Notes: generated by a model not told the origin, from the sequence alone. DNA of 64,000 nt from Actinomycetota bacterium (GCA_037443725.1 JBBINU010000006.1:73748-137747); one strand, 5' to 3'; shown: positions 50,981 to 60,967, numbered from the stretch's first letter. Made by a program: numbers and translations.

Positions 50981-52615
50981 GTGAGAGAGGTCGCGAGTCT
51001 CCTGCTCACCACGGGGAGTACCCGGGCGGTGCGGACGGGGGTCTGGAAGTACATGCGTCCGGTGTATGTGGAGAGGCAGGCCCCCTGCACCGCCGCCTGT
51101 CCCCTGAGCAACGCCATCCCTCGGGCCATGCAGGCAGCGGTGGAGGGAGACGCTGACTCGGCCCTCGCCATCTTCCTCGAGACGAACCCCATCCCGGGGG
51201 TGACCGGGAGAGTCTGCTACAGGCCCTGTGAGGACCTATGCAACAGGGGCAAGTTCGATGACCCTCTGTCCATAAGGGCCGTAGAGAGGTGGGCGGCGGA
51301 TCTCGGCAGGGCGGACCCCCCCTCCCCGGCCCCGGCTACGGGGAGGAGGGTGGCGGTGGTCGGTAGCGGCCCCGCGGGGCTCGGGGCAACCTACCGCCTT
51401 CTCCTCCTCGGCCACAGGGTAAGCCTGTTCGAGAAGGAACCCTCCCCCGGGGGGCTTCTCCGCTTCGGCATCCCTCCCTACAGGCTACCCAGGGAGGTCC
51501 TGGACAGGGAGCTCGAGAGGATCCTCGTACTCGGGCCCGAGCTCTTTACCTCCGTCGAGGTGGGGAAGGATATCCCCCTCCAGGACCTCGTTCGGGAATT
51601 TGACGCCGTCGTCCTCGCCCCCGGCCTGGGCCGCGCCAGGAGGCTCGGTCTGCCTGGAGAGGAACACCCCTCAGTACGGCACGGACTCCCCTTCCTCAGG
51701 GAGGCTGCCCGGGGCGAGGGGCGGGCTCCCGGGAGGGAGGTGGTTGTGGTGGGTGGGGGAAACGTGGCCCTGGACTGCGCCAGGGCCGCCCTGAGGCTGG
51801 GGGCTGAGGGGGTAAGGGTGGTCTCCCTGGAAGGCCCGGATGAGATGCCGGCCCACCCAGAGGAGCTCGAGGAGGCCGCGAGGGAGGGAGTCCGCTTCCT
51901 GCACCGGAGGGGGCCCGTGAGGTTCGTGGTGGAGGAGGGAGAGCTGGTCGGGGTGGAGGTCCTCCGCTGCGCCCGGGTCTTCGACCCAGAGGGGAGGTTC
52001 GCACCGGAGCTCGTCCCCGGCACCGAGGAACTCCTCGCCGCCGATGGAGTGGTGGTGGCCATCGGGCAGGAGGGAGCCGCGGGCACCCTCCTCGAGGAGC
52101 TCCACCTCTCACCAGTGGGGGAAATCCCCGCCGACAACCACGGGCTGACACCGGTAAGGGGGGTCTTCGCCTGCGGAGACGCCGCCCGGTCGGGGGGAAC
52201 CGTGACAGCCGCCCTGGCAGCGGGGGCGCGAACGGCCCTTGCAGTCCACTCCTATCTCACGGGGGAACCCCTGAAGGAGCCTGCCCGCGAGAAAGTGGGC
52301 TTCTCAAACATAAGGCTCCACCGCTTCTCCCACGCCGCGCGCCTCCCCCAGCCCCACCTGGCCCGCGAGGACGCCCTCGAGGGGTTCGCCGAAGTGAACC
52401 TAGGCCTGCCGCCCGCGCTCCTCAAGGAAGAGGCCTCCCGCTGCTTCTCCTGCGGGCTCTGCAGCCGCTGCGATATCTGCCTCCTTTCCTGCCCGGAGGT
52501 GGCCATCTCCCGAAAGGGCGGCGGGTACGAGATAGACCAGGACCACTGCAAGGGGTGCGGCATCTGCGTTGAGGAGTGTCCGAGATGGGCCATGGCCATG
52601 GTACCCGTGGCTTAG
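50981..52615 (+). CDS. GltD/NfnB-like FAD/NAD(P) oxidoreductase fused with PorD-type 4Fe-4S domain
   Basis: PCTAACP, GRVCYRPCEDLC, GSGPAG, GGGNVALD, then RCFSCGLCSRCDICLLSCP and CKGCGICVEECP. Confidence 0.88.
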   Translation: MREVASLLLTTGSTRAVRTGVWKYMRPVYVERQAPCTAACPLSNAIPRAMQAAVEGDADSALAIFLETNPIPGVTGRVCYRPCEDLCNRGKFDDPLSIRAVERWAADLGRADPPSPAPATGRRVAVVGSGPAGLGATYRLLLLGHRVSLFEKEPSPGGLLRFGIPPYRLPREVLDRELERILVLGPELFTSVEVGKDIPLQDLVREFDAVVLAPGLGRARRLGLPGEEHPSVRHGLPFLREAARGEGRAPGREVVVVGGGNVALDCARAALRLGAEGVRVVSLEGPDEMPAHPEELEEAAREGVRFLHRRGPVRFVVEEGELVGVEVLRCARVFDPEGRFAPELVPGTEELLAADGVVVAIGQEGAAGTLLEELHLSPVGEIPADNHGLTPVRGVFACGDAARSGGTVTAALAAGARTALAVHSYLTGEPLKEPAREKVGFSNIRLHRFSHAARLPQPHLAREDALEGFAEVNLGLPPALLKEEASRCFSCGLCSRCDICLLSCPEVAISRKGGGYEIDQDHCKGCGICVEECPRWAMAMVPVA

Positions 52616-52670
52616 CAGATCCCTCGAGGCCCTAGCGGAGGAGGGCAGGGAAGAGGTTCGGGAGGAGGCG

Positions 52671-53825
52671 GTGGGAGAGAGGAAGGTCCTGACGGGGGCT
52701 TATGCTGCCGCCGAGGCGGTCCGGCTGGTCCAGCCCGATGTGGTGGCCATCTACCCCATCACGCCCTCCACGGGGGTGGCCGAGAGGGTGGCGGACCTCT
52801 GCTCCGAGGGGAAGATGCGGGCAAGGCTCGTCAGGGTGGAATCGGAGCACTCGGCCATCTCGGTCCTGATGGCGGCCTCCGCCTTAGGGGCGAGGACCTT
52901 TTCGGCCACTTCCTCTCAGGGCCTCGCCCTCATGCACGAGGTCCTCCACTGGACCGCTGGCGCGCGCCTCCCGGTGGTCATGGTGAACGCCAACCGGGGC
53001 CTCGCCGCCCCCTGGGTCCTCGGCCCCGACCACCAGGACTCCCTCTCCCAGAGGGACACGGGTTGGATGCAGGTGTACGTCGCGAGCGGTCAGGAGCTCC
53101 TGGATACCGTGGTGCAGGCCTACCGGGTGGCAGAGGAGGTTCTCCTCCCCTGCCTGGTCTGCATGGACGGGTTCTACATCTCCCACACCGCAGAGCCCCT
53201 GGAGGTTCCCTCCGAGGAGGAGGTGGCGGCCTTTCTCCCCCCGCCCCCACCCCGACCCGGGCTCGACCCCAACTCCCCCGCCGCGATGGGGGCGCTGGTC
53301 GACGGGGCTACCTACGGCAGGATCAGGGCCCTCGAGCACCGAGCCATGGCAGAGGCGGAGGAGGCGTGGGCGCGGGCGGAGGAGGAGTTCGCGAGAGCCT
53401 TCGGGAGAAGCTACGCGGCCCTCGAGGGGTACCGTGTGGAAGGCGCCGAGCTCCTTCTCCTGGCCATGGGAACGGCGGCCTCCACCGCCCGCGCCGCCGT
53501 GGACTCCCTAAGGGACCAGGGGGTGGCGGTAGGCCTGGTGAGGCTGAGGCGGTTCCGGCCCTTCCCCTCCGGGGCCCTGGCAGCGATGGTCAAGGGAGCG
53601 GCAAGGGTGGCTGTTCTTGAGAGGAGCATCTCCCCCGGCCACCAGGGCATCGTTGCCTCGGAGGTGAGGGCGGCCCTGTACCCCGCGCCGGAGGGGCCCG
53701 AGGTCTCGGGGTTCGTTCTAGGCATGGGCGGTCAGGACGTCACTCCCGAGATGGTGGAGGAGGCGGCGAAAGCGGCCCTGAAGGGCGAGGGAAGGGAGGA
53801 GGTCACATGGGTGGGACTCGACTAG
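52671..53825 (+). CDS. porA: 2-oxoacid:acceptor oxidoreductase alpha subunit
   Basis: YPITP, VESEHSA, ATSSQGL and DGFYISH. Confidence 0.92.
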   Translation: MGERKVLTGAYAAAEAVRLVQPDVVAIYPITPSTGVAERVADLCSEGKMRARLVRVESEHSAISVLMAASALGARTFSATSSQGLALMHEVLHWTAGARLPVVMVNANRGLAAPWVLGPDHQDSLSQRDTGWMQVYVASGQELLDTVVQAYRVAEEVLLPCLVCMDGFYISHTAEPLEVPSEEEVAAFLPPPPPRPGLDPNSPAAMGALVDGATYGRIRALEHRAMAEAEEAWARAEEEFARAFGRSYAALEGYRVEGAELLLLAMGTAASTARAAVDSLRDQGVAVGLVRLRRFRPFPSGALAAMVKGAARVAVLERSISPGHQGIVASEVRAALYPAPEGPEVSGFVLGMGGQDVTPEMVEEAAKAALKGEGREEVTWVGLD

Positions 53826-54739
53826 GGGCCCTGGGGTCGAGGGGAATCCCCCTCGACGACGAGACCACCGCCCTCGAGCTCCTGGAGCCGGGGCACGCCG
53901 CCTGCCCGGGCTGCGGGGCGGCCCTGGCCATGAGGTACGCGCTCAAGGGCCTGGGACCGAGGACGTTCCTGGTGATCCCTGCGAGCTGCTGGAGCGTGAT
54001 CGCGGGGGCCTGGCCCAACAGCTCCGTGAGGGTGCCTGTCTTGCACGTTCCCTTCGAGACGGCTGCGGCCGCAGCCTCCGGGGTGAGGGCTGCCCTGGAT
54101 GCGAGAGGGGTAGAGGACGTGGTGGTGGCCGCCTGGGCCGGGGATGGAGGCACCTTCGACATCGGCTTCCAGGCGCTCTCCGCTGCGGCCGAGAGGAACG
54201 AGGACATCATCTTCTTCTGTTACGACAACGAGGGTTACATGAACACGGGAATCCAGCGCTCCTCGGCCACCCCCAGGGGGGCCTGGACCACCACCACCCC
54301 AACTCAGGCGCCAAAGGCGGAACCGAAAAAGCCCATCCTCGAGATCATGACCGCCCACGGGATTCCGTACGCCGCTACGGCCACCGTGGCCTACCCCGAG
54401 GACCTCATCGCCAAGGTGAGGAGGGCGAGGAGGGTTAAGGGGTTCCGGTTCATCCACATCCTCGCACCCTGCCCCCCTGGCTGGAAACACGACCCCTCTC
54501 AGACGCTCAGGGTAACCCGCCTGGCCGTGGAGACGGGGGTCTTCCCCCTGGTGGAAGTGGATGGAGGGAGCTGGAGGATGACCAGGGTTCCGGCGGGGCT
54601 TCCGCTCCGGGAATACCTGAAGCTCCAGGGACGCTTCGCCCACCTCATGGAGCACGAGGTCTGGGAGCTCAAGGAGGCCGTGGAGGCCCGCCTCAGGGCC
54701 GTCCAGGCGCGGGCCGGCGTCCAGGATAACAAGACCTAG
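53807..54739 (+). CDS. porB: 2-oxoacid:acceptor oxidoreductase beta subunit (TPP-binding)
   Basis: GHAACPGCG, GDGG...DNEGYMNTG and APCPPGW. Confidence 0.92.
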   Translation: MGGTRLGALGSRGIPLDDETTALELLEPGHAACPGCGAALAMRYALKGLGPRTFLVIPASCWSVIAGAWPNSSVRVPVLHVPFETAAAAASGVRAALDARGVEDVVVAAWAGDGGTFDIGFQALSAAAERNEDIIFFCYDNEGYMNTGIQRSSATPRGAWTTTTPTQAPKAEPKKPILEIMTAHGIPYAATATVAYPEDLIAKVRRARRVKGFRFIHILAPCPPGWKHDPSQTLRVTRLAVETGVFPLVEVDGGSWRMTRVPAGLPLREYLKLQGRFAHLMEHEVWELKEAVEARLRAVQARAGVQDNKT

Positions 54740-55191
54740 CCCGAGAGGGGGCCCCCTCCCTCTTCCGCCAGGCCGGATGTGCCTCCCCTCACAGCTTCAG
54801 GCAGATCCCGAACCATCTCGTCCAGGGACTGCTCTACCTCCTTCATGATCTCCGCCAACACCCTCTGGACCTCCGCCAACTTCTCGAGGAAACCGAGGCC
54901 CCTCTCTCTTATCTCCTCCGCTCCCCTCCTCGCCCTCGCCTTCGTCTCCTCCGCAGCGGCATCCGCAGCTTCCAGCACCCCGGCTACGGCGTCGCCCACC
55001 GCCCTGATAAGCGCCGAGCGGTCAAGCCCCTTTCGGGCAGCCAGCTCCCTCCGCAACCTCTCGATCTCAGCGTCCCTCTCGGCGAGCTCCCGAGCCACAG
55101 CCCGGAGGAAGGCCTGGACCTCCTCCCTCACATAGCCGCGTACCCCCACGACGAACTCTTTCCCCTCGACCTCTTCGGGCTTCACAACCAC
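54736..55191 (-). CDS. DivIVA-domain protein
   Basis: KPEEVEGKEFVVGVRGYVREEVQAFL followed by a coiled coil. Confidence 0.8.
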   Translation of the reverse strand: MVVKPEEVEGKEFVVGVRGYVREEVQAFLRAVARELAERDAEIERLRRELAARKGLDRSALIRAVGDAVAGVLEAADAAAEETKARARRGAEEIRERGLGFLEKLAEVQRVLAEIMKEVEQSLDEMVRDLPEAVRGGTSGLAEEGGGPLSG

Positions 55192-55318
55192 CTCCGAACC
55201 GACCTCGGTCTGCCTTCTTCGGCTTCTTCGACCGCGTTTCTTTTCTTACTTCGGCCAGCCGCCGCCGCCCATGAGGGTTCCCCAGAGCCCGCACCATCCG
55301 AAATGCTAGCCTCGCCCC

Positions 55319-56503
55319 ATGTGCCGGAGGAAGGCCACCGCAGCATTTTTTGCCCTCGTCCTTGCCGGCTGCCAGGGGAGAGGAGCCCTTAGCCGCGGTC
55401 CCAGTCCCGGCATCGGCACCGAGAGCTCACCCCAGCCGCGGGTTTCTCCCACCATCCCCTCCCCACCGGAGTCCTTCCTCGAGCTCGCCCAGGATCTTGC
55501 GGGGTCCATCCTGACAAACCTGGTAACGGCGGAGGGGGGTGTCCTTTCCTACGTAAGACCCGACCACCAGGAGGAACCCTCCCTTTCGGGAACCGGGCAC
55601 GAACTCACCTCGGAGTCGGTGGGGCTCGCCCTCGGAGCCTACCTCGCTCTAGGAGACAAGGGCGCCATGAGCCTCGTCCACTCCTTCTGGAGGAGCCATT
55701 TTCTCTCCCCCGCCGGCCTCTCTAGCTGGAAGCTGACGCCAGACGGAAGACCCGCCGCTTCGGAAGAGGGTTATCTCTCCGCGGCCCCCATTGACGAGCT
55801 GCGGCTCGCCAGGGTGCTCCTCGCCGCAGGTCCCCTCCTTCCACACTCGCGAGAGGACGCCGAGAAGATCTCCCGATCTCTTCTCTCTGCCTTGCGTGGC
55901 GGGCTCATCCCCGATGATGTCTCCTGGCGGGAAGGGCAGGCCCTTGAGCCCGGAGAGAGGATAAGCCTGTCCTACCTGGACATCGGTGCTATGAAGGCCC
56001 TTCTCCGCCTGGACGCACGCTGGGAGCCCGTCCTTGCGGCCTCTCTCCGCATTCTCCTCCGGGCCGCCAGGCCGGGTGGGCCTCCATGGCAGGTTTACGA
56101 CCCCGAAGCGGAGAGGTTTAGCTGCCAGGATCCGTGCGACACCATCCACGGCCTCTGGATAGGCCTCAGGCTGCAAGAGGCCGGTGAGGAGGGTGCCGCC
56201 CTCCGTATCCTCAGCTTCTACCGGACTCTCCTCGACCGCTCCGGTCGCCTTGACGATGCCTACACCCCCGAGGGTTCCGGCTCGGGGGAGGAGGACCTCG
56301 CTTCCTATGCCCTCCTGGCGAGGCTCGCCTGGCGCTTAGGGGAGAAGGCCTTCGCGCGCTCCGTGGTTGAGGAGCGGATACTGCCCTTCCGAAGCTCCTC
56401 GGGCCTCTACACTCAAGAGCCCCCTGACGCCTCCTCGTTCCAGAACCTCGAGGTCCTCCTCACCCTCCTCGAGCTCTCAGGAAGACGCGCCCCCGCCGAC
56501 TAG
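55319..56503 (+). CDS. GH8-like glycoside hydrolase lipoprotein (PssZ-like)
   Basis: Lipobox VLAGC, TSESVGL, SWK, SAAPIDELR and ISLSYLD; extended -10 TGcTAGCCT lies 6 nt before the ATG. Confidence 0.7.
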   Translation: MCRRKATAAFFALVLAGCQGRGALSRGPSPGIGTESSPQPRVSPTIPSPPESFLELAQDLAGSILTNLVTAEGGVLSYVRPDHQEEPSLSGTGHELTSESVGLALGAYLALGDKGAMSLVHSFWRSHFLSPAGLSSWKLTPDGRPAASEEGYLSAAPIDELRLARVLLAAGPLLPHSREDAEKISRSLLSALRGGLIPDDVSWREGQALEPGERISLSYLDIGAMKALLRLDARWEPVLAASLRILLRAARPGGPPWQVYDPEAERFSCQDPCDTIHGLWIGLRLQEAGEEGAALRILSFYRTLLDRSGRLDDAYTPEGSGSGEEDLASYALLARLAWRLGEKAFARSVVEERILPFRSSSGLYTQEPPDASSFQNLEVLLTLLELSGRRAPAD

Positions 56504-58263
56504 TCTTCGCCTCCCGCCCGTCTCACCGCGGGGCCGCGCTTCTTCGACGGCTTCGGACAGGACCCCGCCACCTGGCAGGGGGAGACAAAGGTGTAACCGA
56601 GGGCCCTTATGCCAACCACAGCTTCTTCCAGGTATGAGGGATCCAGGAATGGATGGAAGAAGAAGCTGGCAAAGCCATCCCTCACCACCCGCGCTTTCTC
56701 GGCCCGGCGGATGATGTCCCGGGGCAGGCTTCTCGGATATCCCATCCAGTCCTGGGGCTCCACATTCCCCAGATTCTCAGGGAGAACTTTCTGGCCGTAG
56801 GCATCCCTGTAGATGACGTAAGGATAGAACTGCCCCACGAAACGGCCGCTAATCCGGTCAGGGAAGTAGATGACCCGCCCCCAGTGGACTGGATAGACGT
56901 CCTTGATGGCAACGTAGTCGGTAGCGCTGGCAGCATAGTGGGGAGCCTCGAACGCGAAGGGCAGAATCCCCGACGCTTCGAGCACCTCCCTGCCCCTCGC
57001 AGCCCTCTCCCTCGCCCACTCCCCGGAATCTCCGGGGACGGGCCCCAGGTACTTGAGGGAGTGGTCGGCGTTCTCCGTAACCCTGTAGAACTCGAAGTCA
57101 TCCCCGCTCGCCCCCGTGTAAGGGTTTGGCAGGGAATCCCACTGGTGGGTGGTGCCGTGCTGGACGATGGAGGCGCCACCCGCCCATAGCTGCGGGAGGA
57201 GGTCCGCGACGGGAGAGAGATCCAGGGGAAGGCTTTCTCCAGCCGAGTAATAGCCCAGGGGATCCTGCCAGACGGGGATCACGGCCACCCCAAAGGGCAC
57301 ACCCAACCTCGCCAGAAGGGAGGCGACGGTCTTCAGGTCCGCCGGCTGAGTCATGGGGCTCACGTCCTCCAGCCGCACCATGGCGAGGCGCTTTTCAGAG
57401 TGCGCAACGCCAAGCATGTCGTGGAGGAGGTCGGCGAAAGCAAGGTATCTATCCTCTTCAGAGATGTAGGAGAAGGGGATGTCCCCCACGTACCACAGGT
57501 TCCCGCTCCGGGTGACATAGGGCGCCCTTTTCCCGGACTGGGCGCCAACCGCCTCGGCGAGAACACTGACGCGGGACGCGTCCGTCACCGCGACCACTCC
57601 CAGGGTGGTGGAGCAGTCCTGCTTGCCGTCAGGCTCTGGGCTGCACCCTGTGAGGTCAGCCCCGGGTACCGGGTTCACGACCACCGCCTTGTACAGCTCC
57701 ACACCCTTGTAAAGCACCCGGTTGTAGCCTCCATCCTCCAGGCCCTGGAAGGAAAAGCCGAACCTCCCTGCAAACCCGTCCTGCCCCCACTCGGGGTCCC
57801 AGCCCCAGGCGAGATGCCACAGGTTATGCCCGATCCAGATGAGCGGGCGAGCCGGGCTCGAGGCATCGCGAAGGAAGGCAACCCACGCCGCCCTGCCCGC
57901 TTCGTCCAGAAAGCTGGGCTCGTCATAGGTGGAACCGACGTAGAAAACGGCATCGAAGCTCGAGATCTGGCCGGCTGAGTAAGAGGACACGGGCTGGCTC
58001 ACCACTGCGGCGCGGAAGTGGCCGAGGAGATTCCGGAGCATGAGGGCGTATTCGGCCCCGAGATATCCCCAGGGGCCGGAGGAATCGTGGAGGATTAGCA
58101 CCCGAGGGGAAGCCTGCCCCGCGCTGGCTCCTGCCGTGCCGCCAAGCAAGGCAAGGACAAGGAAGAGCCCTGCGAGGGCTCGCAGGCGGCTCTCCGGGAC
58201 CCCTGCCTTCTTCGGCAGGATATTCCGAGCCTCCTCCCGCCGGGGTCCCCACCGCCCCGCCAT
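56500..58263 (-). CDS. Exported DUF2334-type polysaccharide deacetylase
   Basis: Signal peptide, VRLEDV, QHGTTHQ, FEAPHY and FFFHP; start is coupled to the upstream stop (TGATG). Confidence 0.8.
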   Translation of the reverse strand: MAGRWGPRREEARNILPKKAGVPESRLRALAGLFLVLALLGGTAGASAGQASPRVLILHDSSGPWGYLGAEYALMLRNLLGHFRAAVVSQPVSSYSAGQISSFDAVFYVGSTYDEPSFLDEAGRAAWVAFLRDASSPARPLIWIGHNLWHLAWGWDPEWGQDGFAGRFGFSFQGLEDGGYNRVLYKGVELYKAVVVNPVPGADLTGCSPEPDGKQDCSTTLGVVAVTDASRVSVLAEAVGAQSGKRAPYVTRSGNLWYVGDIPFSYISEEDRYLAFADLLHDMLGVAHSEKRLAMVRLEDVSPMTQPADLKTVASLLARLGVPFGVAVIPVWQDPLGYYSAGESLPLDLSPVADLLPQLWAGGASIVQHGTTHQWDSLPNPYTGASGDDFEFYRVTENADHSLKYLGPVPGDSGEWARERAARGREVLEASGILPFAFEAPHYAASATDYVAIKDVYPVHWGRVIYFPDRISGRFVGQFYPYVIYRDAYGQKVLPENLGNVEPQDWMGYPRSLPRDIIRRAEKARVVRDGFASFFFHPFLDPSYLEEAVVGIRALGYTFVSPCQVAGSCPKPSKKRGPAVRRAGGED

Positions 58264-58469
58264 CAGCCAGACCTCCTGGCGGGGCGCGACGCCTTCCACC
58301 GCGCGACCAGGCCACCGAGGATGAGGCCAAGGGCGATGAGAACCCAGATGCCCGCAGCTATCCCGGTGACGGGAAGGATCTGCGTTGGCCCTAGGCGAGC
58401 AGCGGAGACCACGGGTGCCACCACTGCCGGGAGCACGAGCGGCGCAGGTGCAGGATACACTGGCATCAC
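58263..58469 (-). CDS. Small protein consisting mainly of an LPxTG-type sorting signal
   Basis: GAGGAGG upstream; LPVTG, a hydrophobic helix and a basic tail; overlaps both neighbouring genes. Confidence 0.65.
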   Translation of the reverse strand: MMPVYPAPAPLVLPAVVAPVVSAARLGPTQILPVTGIAAGIWVLIALGLILGGLVARWKASRPARRSG

Positions 58470-59680
58470 CTCCTCTCCCCACTGGCAACAAGCCGCCTGA
58501 ACTGGAGTTCAAGGCCAAGGTCGTCCCCGGGGAAGAACTCCCCCGGCCCCTCGGCGGTGAGACCAAAGAACCTTCTCAAAGCGGCGTGGACCCGACTGGA
58601 GGCAAGCCCATCGCCAAAGACGCTGCTGGCCCTCGCCATCTCCCATCTCGCCTCGGCATCTCCGAGCAAGAGAACGAGTTCGCTGAGGACCCTCTCCTCC
58701 TCTGTTCCGACCAGCCTGGCCGCCCCGACGGCCACGGCCTCAGGCCTCTCGGTCACCTCCCGCAAGACCAAGCACGGCACGCCCAGGCTGGTTGCCTCCT
58801 CCTGCACCCCTCCGGAATCTGTCACCACGACCCAGGCTGAGCCCAGAATCCGAATGAACTCGGGATACCGCAGGGGCTCGGTGAGGGTGAAATTGGCCAC
58901 CCCCTCCAGCGCAGGCACGAGGACCTCCCTCACCACGGGATTGGGGTGAAGGGGAAGGATGAAGTGGACCTGCGGAAACAGGGAGGCTGCCCTCGCGAGC
59001 GCCCGCGCCACCCGCCTCTGAGGTTCACCCCAGTTCTCCCTCCTGTGGGTGGTCACGAGCACCAGCGGGCTCGACCGAGCCGCCTCGAGGGCCCTCCCGA
59101 CCTCCGGGCGGAGCCCGCCGAAGGGACGGGACAGGTACCTCCTCAAGGCGTCTACCACGGTGTTCCCCGTGACCACCATTTCTTTCTGAGGGACCCCCTC
59201 CCTCACCAGGTTGTCCCTGGCCCACCGGGTAGGAGGGAAGTGCAGGGAGGCGATGGCCGCGATCAACTTCCGGTTGGCCTCCTCCGGAAAGGGAGAGGCG
59301 AGGTCGTAAGACCGGAGGCCGGCCTCCACATGGGCCACGGGGATCCTGCGATAGAAGGCAGCCAGGGCCCCCGCGAAAGCCGTCGTCGTGTCCCCTTGGA
59401 CCAAGACCAGCTCGGGCCGGAGCTCCTCTAGAGTCCGGTCCAGGGCCTTAAGGCACCTCGCAGTGAGAGAGCCGAGCCCCTGCCCGGGCTGCCCAACTTC
59501 CAGGTTCCTCGCGGCTTCTAGCCCGAAGACAACGAGGACCTCCTCGAGAATCTCCCTGTGCTGTCCCGTAAGGACAAGAAAGGTTTCGAGATCCGGATCT
59601 GCCTCGAGGAGCTCTACCACCGGCCCGAGCTTGATCGCCTCAGGCCGCGTTCCGGCCACCACGACCACCCTCCTGCTCAT
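58466..59680 (-). CDS. wecB: Non-hydrolysing UDP-GlcNAc 2-epimerase
   Basis: GTRPEAIK, TGQHRE, QGDTTT, HVEAGLRS, HRREN and TDSGGVQEE. Confidence 0.95.
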   Translation of the reverse strand: MSRRVVVVAGTRPEAIKLGPVVELLEADPDLETFLVLTGQHREILEEVLVVFGLEAARNLEVGQPGQGLGSLTARCLKALDRTLEELRPELVLVQGDTTTAFAGALAAFYRRIPVAHVEAGLRSYDLASPFPEEANRKLIAAIASLHFPPTRWARDNLVREGVPQKEMVVTGNTVVDALRRYLSRPFGGLRPEVGRALEAARSSPLVLVTTHRRENWGEPQRRVARALARAASLFPQVHFILPLHPNPVVREVLVPALEGVANFTLTEPLRYPEFIRILGSAWVVVTDSGGVQEEATSLGVPCLVLREVTERPEAVAVGAARLVGTEEERVLSELVLLLGDAEARWEMARASSVFGDGLASSRVHAALRRFFGLTAEGPGEFFPGDDLGLELQFRRLVASGERR

Positions 59681-60945
59681 GCCCTCACCCCCATGGGGGC
59701 CGCATTCGGCTCCGCCACCCTCGGCGTCTTGGCCCAGCCCGACCTGCCGGCGAGCTGTCGGTAGATGGCCCTGAATCCAGCCGGCACCCAGATGTAGCTG
59801 TAGAAGACGAAGAGCTGGCCGAGAAGGATGGCCTGGACAAGGGTGACCTCGGGCTCCTCCAACCAAAAGGTGTAGGAGAGGAAGAAGGCGGGGAGAAAGC
59901 CAAGGCCGTAGCTGAACAGAATGTAGGTAAGGCTCAGCCCCCCGCCCGCGGCCAACCAGAGGCCGAGCCAGATGTACCCGAGAACAAAGAAGGGGGCAGA
60001 GATCACCATTGCAAGGGGGGAAAGCAGGATCCCGGCGAGGTCGAGCCGGGCAAGGAAACCGGGGTGGCTAGAGCCCGCCATGGCAGGGAGGTGACGAAGG
60101 CACTGGAGGGTTCCCTGGAACCAACGGGTCCGCTGCCGGAGGAGCCTGCTCAAGTCGGGCAAGGCCTGCTGAGAAACCCAGGCCGTAGCCGCGTAAGCAT
60201 TTTCCCACCCTGCAAGAAGCAGTCGGATGCCGAGGTCCATGTCCTCGGTGAGGCAGTCGCTCCAGGGGTCCTCCCCTAGGGAGGCCAGAGCCGAAGCCCG
60301 CGTGAACTGCCCGTTGCCTCCCAGCTGAAGGGCCTTGGTTCTCTCCCTTCCCCGCTGGCAGAGGGCGTTGAAGGCCACAAACTCGAAGTGCTGCATGAGG
60401 GTGAGGAAGTTTGTCCCGCGGTTCCTTATCCTCACCGCTATCTGGCAGCTACCAACCCGGGGATCCGAGAAGTACGGTGTCACCTCCCTGAGGGCGCCCG
60501 GAGAGAGCCGACCATCGGCATCCATGACGCAGAGGATGACTTTCTCCAGGTCTAGGCCGCCTATCACCCCTGAGCTCAGAAGCCACCGCCAGGCGTGATT
60601 CAGGGCCCTCCCCTTCCCCTGGCGGGCCGCAGGGGGATCGCGCCTCAGGAGGTGAACTCTGGGATCGCGGATCTCAGCCACCCTCTCGGAGGTGTCGTCA
60701 TCGGATCCGTCATCCACCACAACCACTCCTGCCGGGTTCAGGGATAGAAGGTGCCTCACGGTGGGGCCTATCACCTTACCCTCGTTCAGAGCGGGCACCA
60801 GGAAGAAAAAGTGAAGCTCCGGCCAGGCAGGCGCTGGAACGGGCCTCCGCCTGGAGAGGGCGAAGAGGATGACGAGAGCGCTCATCCCCCAGAGGACCAC
60901 CCCGACAACGCCAACGGATGCCGCCTGCATCGCCTTCCAGAACAC
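59677..60945 (-). CDS. Processive GT2 membrane glycosyltransferase (polysaccharide synthase)
   Basis: DDGS, DADG, TED, QRTRW, C-terminal helices and WAKT; GTG 60945 follows AGGGAGG. Confidence 0.9.
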   Translation of the reverse strand: MFWKAMQAASVGVVGVVLWGMSALVILFALSRRRPVPAPAWPELHFFFLVPALNEGKVIGPTVRHLLSLNPAGVVVVDDGSDDDTSERVAEIRDPRVHLLRRDPPAARQGKGRALNHAWRWLLSSGVIGGLDLEKVILCVMDADGRLSPGALREVTPYFSDPRVGSCQIAVRIRNRGTNFLTLMQHFEFVAFNALCQRGRERTKALQLGGNGQFTRASALASLGEDPWSDCLTEDMDLGIRLLLAGWENAYAATAWVSQQALPDLSRLLRQRTRWFQGTLQCLRHLPAMAGSSHPGFLARLDLAGILLSPLAMVISAPFFVLGYIWLGLWLAAGGGLSLTYILFSYGLGFLPAFFLSYTFWLEEPEVTLVQAILLGQLFVFYSYIWVPAGFRAIYRQLAGRSGWAKTPRVAEPNAAPMGVRA

Positions 60946-60967
60946 GGTCTTCCCCTCCCTCGCTGAC

